Source: Octopus sinensis
Lineage: Eukaryota
Direction: 5' to 3'
Length of the DNA: 64,000 bases
Assembly (NCBI RefSeq): GCF_006345805.1
Contig: NW_021831861.1
Location: 1,573 to 65,572 of the forward strand
Shown: one piece after another, positions 54,110-64,000 of the stretch
How the letters are laid out: each line of letters starts with the position of its first letter
Position numbering within the stretch: position 1 is the stretch's first letter
Notes under the pieces: generated by a model
What the model saw: only the letters and a program-made list of their open reading frames with translations
What the model was told of the DNA's origin: nothing
Database searches by the model: none
Position numbers and translations under genes: made by a program

Positions 54110-54700
54110 TTTCTTTACTACCCACAAAGGACTAAACACAGAGGGGACAAACAAGGACAGACAAACGGATTAAGTCGATTACATCGACCTCAGTGCGTAA
54201 CTGGTACTTAATTTATCGACCCCGAAAGGATGACAGGCAAAATCGATCTCGGCAGAATTTGAACTCAGAACGTAGCGGCAGACGAAATACCTATTTCTTT
54301 ATTACCCACAAGGGGCTAAACATAGAGGGGACAAACAAGGACAGACAAACGGATTAAGTCGATTATATCGACCCCAGTGCGTAACTGGCAATTAATTTAT
54401 CGACCCCTAAAGGATGAAAGGCATAATCGACCTACGCGGAAATTGAACTCAGAACGTAGCGGCAGACGAAATACCGATTTCTTTACTACCCACAATTGGC
54501 TAAACACAGAGGGGACAAACAAGGACAGACAAACGGATTAAGTCTATTATATCGACATCAGTGCGTAAGTGGTACTTAATTTATCGACCCCGAAAAGATG
54601 AAAGGCAAAGTCTACCTCGGCGGAATTTGAACTCAGAACGTAACGGCAGACGAAATAGTATACGCATTTCACCCGGCGTGCTAACGTTTCTGCCAGCTCG
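54110..54700 (-). mobile_element. SINE family B trimer
   Basis: Target duplication cgcgagcacgatt at 54095-54107 and 54699-54711. Confidence 0.85.
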
Positions 54701-54866
54701 CGAGCACGATTACTTCCACGCGGACGAGCATGAACACGAGTGTTATCATTAGAAAACTCGCTGTTTATTGATAATTCTTTATGTCTTATGTCTGTCAATT
54801 TACATTTAAAAAGAAAACCCCTCCAAATAACCATTTATATAATTTATTTCTCCTTTATTTCTGCAG

Positions 54867-55015
54867 TCTGCCGTATTTTTATCAATGCCAAAACTAATGA
54901 TGGGATAATTTCCGAAGAAGATATTCCTACATCGGTTATGAGCATCATTAAAAGATCGAGAACCAAAGTGCCGATTGATTGCACGTGGGAGATACGCGCT
55001 CCTCCTGACAGTCAC
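54867..55015 (+). CDS. Neto: Neto-like gene, exon encoding the N-terminal part of CUB domain 2
   Basis: Acceptor ttatttctgcag, donor cac|gtaag, phase 1/0. Peptide CRIFINAKTNDGIISEEDIPTSVMSIIKRSRTKVPIDCTWEIRAPPDSH contains the DCxWxIRAPP CUB2 motif. Confidence 0.88.
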
Positions 55016-56164
55016 GTAAGACATGTCTTTTTTTTTTAATATTACGTTTTATTTTTTCATGTTAATTTTAATATTTTGTTAATTTCATTGAAAAAAATGT
55101 GTTTGCCATACTTACCTTCACACAAACAACGAACTTCAAAACAGGCATATCCTCTTCATCATCATTATCTGGTTTACATGGCGTATAAGTAACCGAGATC
55201 ACAACATTATCCCCTGAATTGGACGCCAATCAATCGCGGGGTTAGCCATTTACAGCTGAGTAGTCTGGAGCAACGTGGAATGAAATGTTTTGCTCAATAA
55301 CACAACGCATTGCCGAGCTCGGCAATCGAAACCACGATATTTCGATTGTAAGAGCAACACACTAACCACTAGGCCACGCTTCTTCAAAACAGACACACCA
55401 GGTGTAATATTATTCGGAATGAGACGATTAGACGCAGATGTTTGATCGCTGATAATATGGTGCGGCTGACTCAATATTCAGCCTGTTTTGATGATTGTCA
55501 AGAAACAACGATACCTTTTTCCTCGTGGTGGAGGTGAGAATTCTTCCACCCACTCAGTGTGCGGCAACAACCAGCGTACTTCCACGCTACTTCGGGCCTT
55601 CAGTCATTCTACTGACAGCTAAAGATCCCTTACGCTTTACCTTGAACTGCAATGGTCTTCTGTTGGGTGTTCATCACCGCAGAGTAGCCTATTCACATTA
55701 TTTGAGCTAATTTTCTCCGTTAGTTCGACCTGTTAGTAGATATTAAGCTTATTTTGCTTGTCGTATAACAAGAAACAAGAAGGCGGCGAGCTGGCAGAAA
55801 CGGTAGGGTGAAATGCTTAGCGGTATTTCGTCTGCCGTTACGTTCTGAGTTCAAAATTCCGCCGAGGTCGACTTTGCCTTTCATCCTTTCGGGGTCGATA
55901 AATTAAGTACCTGTTACGCACTGGGTCGATGTAATCGACTTAATCCGTTTGTCTGTCCTTGTTTGTTCCCTCTATGTTTAGCCCCTTGTGGGTAGTAAAG
56001 AAATAAGGAACAAGCACATTATACAATGCTTTGCAGCATTTCGTCTGTCTTTACGTTTTGAGTTCAAATCCGCCGAAGTCGACTTTTGGGGTCGATGAAA
56101 TAAGAACCAGTTGAGCACTGGGTCGATGTAATTGACTTGGCTCCTTGTGCTGAAATTTGAAAAG

Positions 56165-56474
56165 TTGTTTGTTTGTTTGTTCCTTCTCGAACCATGCCTG
56201 GCTCATAAGGGCCGGTTTCCCGGTTTCTTGGCGTATAGGTTCCCCACCTGGACGGGACGTCGGTCCATCGCAGGTGAGTTGCAAGATGCAGGAGGAAAGA
56301 GTGAGAGAAAGTTTTGGCGAAAGAGTCAGCAGATGTTTCGCCATTACCTTCTGCCGGAGTCGCGAGGAGCTTAGGTGTTTCGCTCATAAGCACACACATC
56401 GCCCGGTCTGAGATTCGAACCCGCGATCCCTTGACCGCGTGTCCGCTGCTCTAACCACTAGGCCATGTGCCTCC
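56165..56474 (-). mobile_element. SINE family C, tail variant 3, with (AAAC)n tail
   Basis: Same head and ctttctctcactct core. The tail contains cctgcgatggaccgacgtcccgtccagg. Confidence 0.75.
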
Positions 56475-56898
56475 ACAATGTATAAATAAGTATAATATAT
56501 TATCATAAAATCACAAGCATTGAAATATAAACATGACCCCAGTATATACCCACGAACTAGGAACACACTATTTGAGATCTGCAAACAGCTCGCTTGTTGA
56601 AGTGTTGTCAATTGAAAGCTCTGCCCCTCGAACGCTTATTGGTTCTTGGAGTCATCGGGAGAGGATGCACATCGTTTGAGGACGCATTCAGTAAGATGAG
56701 TGGGCAGTGTGCTGTAAAGTCGTCGAGCGGAAGACTCTGAAACGATGCGCATTCGTTCCTGATGACTCCTTGGAAGCTACCGACATGCAGAGCTTTCGAT
56801 TGACAGCACTTGCATGCACAAGCAAGCTGTCTGCACTTTGAAAACCTATAAACACAAACTAGGAACATACCGTTTGAAAGTCTTTCATACTTTTTCAG

Positions 56899-57130
56899 GT
56901 GCAGCTATCTCCAGTATCAATCGAATTAACAAGATCCGGAGAGTGTAATCTCAACTACATGAGTTTTTATAAGCCTACAACCATTCTAGAAGCAATGTCT
57001 GCGAAATATTGTGACGGTAGAAAAGTGGTGCCGGTATCTTCGGATAGAAACCGTATTTTCCTGAGAGTTTTTAGTAAGACTATATATTTGATGCCGAAAT
57101 TCAAATTTTTATATACTGTCTTTAGAAATG
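56899..57130 (+). CDS. Neto: Neto-like gene, exon encoding the C-terminal part of CUB domain 2
   Basis: Acceptor tactttttcag, donor atg|gtaag, phase 0/1. Peptide VQLSPVSIELTRSGECNLNYMSFYKPTTILEAMSAKYCDGRKVVPVSSDRNRIFLRVFSKTIYLMPKFKFLYTVFRN. Confidence 0.88.
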
Positions 57131-58119
57131 GTAAGAATGCTCGCTTCTGTTTATTCATTTTTGTATGTTTTGAAAATATCTTGCTTTGTTGCATCTGCCT
57201 TGTTGTATATTTGGGAGGGTCGTTATGCCAATGATAAACACATGCATTGACTTAGTTTCACTTTTTAATTTTTATTAGTAAATTGGTTAACCATTTCACC
57301 AATTGACTAAATCAAACAATCGATTAGTTAGTCGGTTAAATTGTTAACCAATTGACAAATAATAATAAACGAAGTGAAAGAGAACCAGTGCGTGTGTTTA
57401 TTATTAGCATAATGACCCTCCGGAGATATAACAAAACCTGTTTCGACACACGAGTTCACATCAATGATCTTGCAAACAAAATACGAAAACGAATTTTTAT
57501 TACTTTACGTAAATGAATGCTTTTTTCAAATATCAGAATGATATTCCGATAAAATACATTTTACAGCAGTGGCATCTTCTAAGTATTATTTATACAGAAC
57601 TGCATAACATTTTAAAGTATTATACCAATGTAAGAAAGATGGTTGCTCCTGCTCGATTATTACTGAGCAGCTCTGTTACTGAAGACGTTTTCGCCTTCTT
57701 GAGGATTCGCTCAACTATCACGTTATTTGAGAATACACGCACCTTTCACTTTATTATACTATACCTTTATGAAATAAACATGTTTTCCCGTTAGAGAGGG
57801 CGCAACATCTGCTGTAACGCTTGTCAACTTCTTTCAAAGTAAACCAAATCCACTTGAAGCAGTTGTTTTATCACTGTTAAAGAAATATTGGCCAGTTTTA
57901 GTTTCATTTGATGGTCCAACTGACATCGACTCTTCTATAACTGCAAAAAATATATATATATCTTCAGTTCCTCAAACAAATACACGTGTTGAATTGCATA
58001 CTGCATAACAGTGCTCCCATCTAGCGCCAGTGAGTATCATATTTGACAAAGGTATAGCTTCAGTTCCTGGTTTTCCTTCTGGGCAAACAGACCATAAAAA
58101 ATTCTGTTTTAGAAAACGA

Positions 58120-58550
58120 CTAGCAGCATAGCCCGGCATTGCCCGGGTATGTAAGAGCCCCTAGTAGGCAACGACTAATCCCAATCTAGTCCTTTCCCTC
58201 TTGGGAACGAAGGCGCATGTGTAGGTTGCAATATCTTCTCTTCACTCGAATACTTCTGTGTATACGATGTTCCTAGCTGTCCCTTTGGGCGATAAAAAGG
58301 TCGAGTTGTGTCCCCTAGACAGAAAATGTGTTGCATATAAAAAGCTTAGATTCTCGACCCCATGTCGAATTTATCGATTTTTTCAGAACTGGGGGAACTT
58401 TTCAAAATTTTCGCTGCGTTAGTTTTGAATTATGACATTGGGCTATGTCTGTGTCAAGTTTCATCAGAATCGGTTGAAAGCCGTGGTCAGGGTAAGGGTA
58501 CAACCTGACAGACACACAGACAGACAAACTGCCGTTTATATATAGAGAGA
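58120..58550 (-). mobile_element. Non-autonomous Helitron
   Basis: Minus strand starts TC (TCTCTCTATATATAAA) after A and ends CTAG before T. Subterminal hairpin CCCGG-GCAATG-CCGGG and (CTGT)n near the 5' end. Confidence 0.8.
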
Positions 58551-59462
58551 TTTACGCTTGGCAGTTCGATAATCAAGGACAAAACAAGCCATTGTCGGAG
58601 CTTCTAGTACGGTTAGCTATTTCACAAAAAAAAGCATGTTTGGTATTGTTTTAAAGTTCTCAGTAAGTAGTGAGCCACTTCGCTGTTGTTCATTTTATGA
58701 CAGTTTACCCACAAAATTTTGGCTTTCATCCTTTCAGGGTCGATTAAATAAGCACCAGTTGAGTACTAAGATCGATGTAATCGACTTTCCCCCTCCCTCA
58801 AAAACATCAGGCCTTGTTTATTATTATTATTATTATTGTTGTTGTTGTTGTTGTTGAGTGAGAGAGTAGTGCATGCCATCAAAGTGACACTGGGGTAAAA
58901 CATACGAAGCCCAGTATACCCATCATGACTACCAGTCTGATAAGGGTACACCAGGCACATGCATCACAACCGTATGTGCGCGACATGGTGGTCTCATATC
59001 AAGATAAACAGCGCATGACCTTGCAGGTGGGACCCAGTTAGAATTTTCTTCAGGCAGAGTAGCCCATCCCGCTCAAAAGGTCCCTGAATAAGGGTATTTT
59101 AAGGATAATGAACGAAACACCCATGTTTCCAGAGGTGAATTATTCAAACCCCAAAGAATCCCTCTCAACACATGGCTATGATGCTCCCCCACTACTTCTG
59201 CTCGTGATCAGAGATGCACATATCGTCAGCCACTAAGGGACATGCTCAAATGGTTAAGGTCAAACAACTGACAAGCAAATCTGTGGTATTGAGCAGAATA
59301 TTTGCTGTAGCCCATCTTTTATACCAAGACAAAACAATGTACATGATAACACTTCCAATCAGTTAAGATCAGAAGCCATGAGAGCCAGTGCCTGGTACTG
59401 CATCAGGGCACTTATTATTATCATCATCATCATCATCATCATCATCATCGTTGTTGTTGTTG

Positions 59463-59493
<31 letters not shown>

Positions 59494-59501
59494 CATTATT
59501 G

Positions 59502-59550
<49 letters not shown>

Positions 59551-59690
59551 CATCATCATCATCATCATCATCGTTGTTGTTGTTGTTGTTATTATTATTA
59601 TTATTGTTGTTATTATTATTATTTGTAGTAGTAGTGTATACGGTCCGATTATACTCTTGCTCTTTCTACCTCTCTCTCTCTCTATTCAAG

Positions 59691-59810
59691 GTGAATGTTC
59701 TGAAAACGAATTTTCATGCGACGAGAGATGTCTTCACAAATCTCTTAAGTGTAATAAAAACGTCAACTGCAAAGATTCGACTGACGAAAACAGTTGTAAT
59801 TCCCCATCAG
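59691..59810 (+). CDS. Neto: Neto-like gene, LDL-receptor class A (LDLa) domain exon
   Basis: Acceptor tctctctattcaag, donor cag|gtaggt, phase 1/1. Peptide GECSENEFSCDERCLHKSLKCNKNVNCKDSTDENSCNSPS has six Cys and the DxxDE motif. The order CUB-CUB-LDLa is the Neto architecture. Confidence 0.9.
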
Positions 59811-59957
59811 GTAGGTTCCATTCACTTTTCTAATGAAATACCCACATAGACACACATAACAGCACATATGCATCGTCATTCAAAATGTGACCGCGTGTGT
59901 ACCGTTGGCGATTTTTTTCCCTCCGTCTTCCCTTCTCTGGATCTTTCCTTTTCCTAT

Positions 59958-59992
59958 GTTTCTGACGAAGAGCCCCGCTCGAAACGTAAAAC
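59958..59992 (+). ncRNA. Minimal type I hammerhead ribozyme (family H1, best copy) within an element at about 59895-60090
   Basis: GUUU-CUGACGA-A-GAGC-CCC-GCUC-GAA-ACGU-A-AAAC. Perfect stems I and II, palindromic ACGU stem III, predicted cleavage after A59988. Confidence 0.72.
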
Positions 59993-60142
59993 CCTCCTTC
60001 TTCCCTTCCTTCCTGAGCGTCCAATAATACTATATTTGTTCCACGTCCTCGCGTTGTGTTTTGTCTTTGTGTTTTCACGTTTGGATTAACTATATATATA
60101 TATATACATATAAAAAGTAAAATGTAAAAGAGTCAAAAGGAA

Positions 60143-60272
60143 GAGTATGTACGCTTAGGCTTCGGTACATACAGATTCTCGTATGTACAGGATTTAAAGT
60201 TAAGTTTAAATTAAATTATGTAGCGATTTACCTGTACAAGAAGATCTATATGTATCTCCTCAGGCGATACTC
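60143..60272 (-). ncRNA. Variant hammerhead-like motif with long stem II (family H7)
   Basis: GAGUAUCGC-CUGAGGA-GAUACAUAUAGAU...AUCUGUAUGUACC-GAAG-CCUAAGCGUAC-AUACUC. GAAG replaces GAAA. Confidence 0.45.
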
Positions 60273-60444
60273 AGTTGCTGGGTCTGTAAGTAAATCTAAA
60301 GTTCCATGCTGCAACATCCATGGCTTCTTCTTTGAAACTAACAAACGCTGACGGTTTCAATTCACTCGGTATGAGTGTGTCATCACGTTCGACATCATGA
60401 GCTGCAATGTACACGATGTCTGTTTATTTATTCAGTTTCAAAAT

Positions 60445-60709
60445 GTTATTCGGCACATGCCAAACCTGCGACGATTTCATCTCAATCGAAGGAGAGGGGC
60501 TTTCTCCGTCCGGGTTGCGGATCCGTGGAATAAGCTGCCAGACGAGATGGTGAAGATGCCGACGACCGCTTTGTTCAAAGTCTCCCTTGACCTCAAGTGG
60601 CCTGAACTCTTTACATGAACACCACCTTGTACTTAACTCCATGTCCTCCTACATGGCCTTGCTATTTGCTTTTGAGCCAAAAATTAACTAACTAACTAAC
60701 TAACTAACT
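60445..60709 (+). mobile_element. 3' end of a CR1-like LINE
   Basis: RRRGAFSVRVADPWNKLPDEMVKMPTTALFKVSLD matches the CR1 ORF2 C-terminal pattern. (TAAC)n tail. Confidence 0.8.
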
Positions 60710-60906
60710 GTACCCTTACACAAAATAAATTCATCCATTAACTCATACTTTTTACTTTTTATTTTTTATTTTAACACACGAGGAATACCTAAGACTAGAA
60801 TTGGTAGCATACCATAAGTATACTACCGACTATTTGGGAATTCTAAGGGTGAATGAGCTCGATTTGTATTTGTACTCTTATACGTTCTTAACAAACACAC
60901 TTCAAC

Positions 60907-60965
<59 letters not shown>

Positions 60966-61009
60966 CATGTATACTCACATACACACACTCACACACACAC
61001 ACATACATT

Positions 61010-61600
61010 CATATCTAAATGTGTAAATAGTAATAAGGAACTTGGTGGAGATGAATTTAATTCTACAATGAATGACCAAATTGGAACTAAATCTGAGGGA
61101 AATATAAAGGGCTATCTTTGTTCTGAACGGGAATCCTGCTGTGTGGGAAATAAGTGTAAAACAAAAAAATATTATATATAGCTGTATAATTACATCTGAG
61201 GGTAAGGAATTCTTTTACATAGGTGGGACATCATTGATTTTCAAGAAAAGACTACCAAATCATTTGAGTTCATTTAAAGACAAAAATAAAAAGTTCCAAA
61301 TAAGTCTAAGCAAATTAATCTGGTCCTTTTAAGGACAGTAACAAGGACTATACGATTAAATGGGAGTTAATTTGTACTGCGAAACCATGCAGACCTGGGA
61401 TCAATAAATGTGATCCAAGGGTAATGTAATAAATACTAGACAGGAGCAAGCATTGAGATGCTCGCACATGAGGAAATTCATATTAGCGAAGTATAAATTA
61501 ATAATCATCATTTAAACTATGCAAGGTTTTGAAATGATGGACCGAAAATGATTATCCAATCATAATTTTGAAATATCTATAATATCGTCAAAACCTTGTT
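61010..61600 (+). pseudogene. Second, more decayed Penelope-like GIY-YIG endonuclease remnant followed by a degenerate hammerhead (61522-61598)
   Basis: GYLCSERESCCVGNKCKTK/NIIYSCIITSEGKEFFYIGGTSLIFKKRLPNHLSSFKDKNKKFQISLSKLIWS/KDSNKDYTIKWELICTAKP...RCSHMRKFIL, with several frameshifts. Confidence 0.8.
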
Positions 61601-61649
61601 TATTTTTATGTTTTTTTTTTCATTTATTATTAGTGTTGCTATTTCTTTT

Positions 61650-62741
61650 CAGATATCAGAAAAAAGCAATTAAAATTCATTAAAATGACATGTCTATCGG
61701 ACTGTCAAAGAGGTTAAATTGTTGGTGCTCGAATGGCAGGCGCTAGCGTAATCAAAACAGCCAAAATGTTTGGTGTTTCAAGAAGTATTGTGTCAAAAGT
61801 AATGACAGCCTTTGAGAAAGAAGGAAAAACCTCCTCGTCGAAACAAAACTCCGGAAGAAAACCAAAACTTTCAGATAGGGACCGTCGGACTCTTACGCGG
61901 ATTGTTAGAAAGGATCACAAAAGTACAGCACCCAGAATTACTGCAGATTTAATGAACACCTCGAGCACCCAGTTTCCACAAAAACTGTTCGGCGGGAGCT
62001 GCACTAAGCCAGATTTCGCAGGAGGGCTGCAATCAGAAAACCACTACTTTCAAAAACAAACGTTGCAAAGAGTTTAGAGTGGAGTAAAACCTACAGAATT
62101 GGTCCCTAGAGCAGTGGAAGAATGTTACTTTCTAGGAGGAGACACCCATTACCTCATTTCCAACCACCTGCCGAGTATAAGTGTGGAGACAGCCAAAAGA
62201 AGCATTTGATCCAGACTGCCTTCTTCCAAATGTTAAACACGGAGGAGGATACGTGATGATTGGTGGGTGGGGGCTATGTCTTGGAAATCCGCCGGCCCAA
62301 TGGTTTCCCTTCATGGCAGAATTAATAGTCAAGACTATTTAAGCATTTTATCTGATCAAATTCATCCTTTGGTTGTGGAACTGTTTCTGGAAGGAAACAC
62401 AATCTTTCAGGCTGATAATGCCCCAATTCACACAGCTAAAATTGTGAAGTTGAACAACTTATCTGGCCACCACAGTCCCCAGATCTCTATATTATTGAAC
62501 ATTTATAGAGCCTTTTAGAAAAACAAGTAAGAAGTCGATATCCCCCACCATCATCATTACAAGAACTGGAGACTATTTTGGCCGAAGAATGAACAAAAAT
62601 TCCTTTGGAAACAATTCAATCTTTGTACGAGTCCATAACTCGTAGAATTCAAGCTGTAATTACTGCCAAAGGCGGTCCTACCCCATATTAAAATAGATTG
62701 TTTGAAATTTTAAGGTGTTCCATGATTTTGTCCAACCCCTG
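61650..62741 (+). mobile_element. Degenerate Tc1-like transposon (DDE type), left end missing
   Basis: GARMAGASVIKTAKMFGVSRSIVSKV...SGRKPKLSDRDRR, FQADNAPIHTAK, PQSPDLYIIEHL. Right end ttttgtccaacccctg|ta. Confidence 0.88.
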
Positions 62742-62857
62742 TATATATATATATATAGATATATAATATATATATAATTATATATAGATATATATATATA
62801 ATATATATATATAGATATATTATATATATATATATATAGATATATGTATATATTTAT

Positions 62858-62923
<66 letters not shown>

Positions 62924-62981
62924 TATATGTATATATATATTATATATATATATAATATATAGTATATATATATATATGATA

Positions 62982-63028
<47 letters not shown>

Positions 63029-63090
63029 TATTGTATATTATTATATATATATATATGATATATATATATATATATATATGTTATATATAT

Positions 63091-63150
<60 letters not shown>

Positions 63151-63155
63151 TAGAA

Positions 63156-63186
<31 letters not shown>

Positions 63187-63234
63187 TACATACATGTATG
63201 TATATTATATATATATTTGTCTGACTTTGTCTGA

Positions 63235-63508
63235 CCGACCAGTCCATCAGATGTAGTTACACATCGCTGGTCACAATGCACTTCGCATTGTTTTAGCCTT
63301 CAAATGACGCCACCCCGCTGGCTAAGCAAGCAGGCCAACAGAAGGAAGAGTGAGAGAAAGTTGTGGCGAAAGAGTACAGCAGGGATCGCCACCCCACCCC
63401 TGTCGGAGCCTCGTGGAGCTTTAGGTGTTTTCGCTCAATAAACACTCACAACGCTGGGTATCGAAACCGCGAGTCCGCTGCCCTAACCACTGGGCCATTG
63501 CACCTCCA
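63235..63508 (-). mobile_element. SINE family C, tail variant 4; an isolated tail also lies at about 11230-11340
   Basis: Same head and core, with tail cctgcttgcttagccagcggggtggcgtcatttgaaggctaaaacaatgcg. Confidence 0.75.
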
Positions 63509-64000
63509 TATATATATATATATATTATATATATATATTATATATATACATATATATATATATTATATATATATATATCTATATATATATTATAGTATTA
63601 ATCGAAATGTACTTATATATCACCATTATGGGCGGCCTTAGCAATCAGTTTCGCACTAAAGATTCAACAGGGTGTTAGATAAAAGCCCGATTATGTAACC
63701 CTGTTAACACTGATAAAGCCCGTCATACTTGCAAAGGATCTTGAGAATAATTTTATAACTCATAAAATCATAAACGCCCTATTTAAATCCCTGAAGATTT
63801 CACGATATCATGATAAAATAATGTTTACAAATCATGTGCTTGTGCGTTTAATTTAGCTTGATATTTTATTATCACTAGAACTCCCGTAGTTATTACTTTT
63901 TAATTCTACAACTTCGCATTGCAACCATGCGGTTTCGGGTTCAGTCCCCACTACGTGGAACTTTGGGCAAGTGTCTTTTATTATAGCTCTGAGTCAGCAA

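Overview
Eukaryotic, AT-rich, microsatellite-dense genomic DNA. The tRNA-derived SINE families and the (TA)n/(TATG)n/(TAGA)n load suggest a coleoid cephalopod, probably Octopus (inference). The window lies inside one + strand gene of the Neto / SOL-2 type (neuropilin- and tolloid-like, CUB-CUB-LDLa). Five phase-compatible exons are visible: 13182-13436, a 33-nt mini-exon at 36342-36374, 54867-55015, 56899-57130 and 59691-59810. The introns hold SINEs, mariner, Tc1, maT and hAT DNA transposons, a Helitron, RTE and CR1 LINE remnants and Penelope-like elements (PLEs). The most striking unannotated signal is a set of type I hammerhead-ribozyme motifs (CUGAnGA...GAAA, palindromic stem III, mostly GUA cleavage site, often a much extended stem II). 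They belong to at least six unrelated short element families, mostly sit in (TA)n/(CA)n tracts, and often lie within fold-back inverted repeats. Examples are a 3.1-kb head-to-head PLE palindrome with a GIY-YIG endonuclease and a 474-bp retrozyme-like unit. A second signal is a SINE present as 1- to 5-mers, each bounded by a single target-site duplication. Almost all ORFs in the supplied track are microsatellite or SINE artefacts. All structures were read by eye and none was computed.
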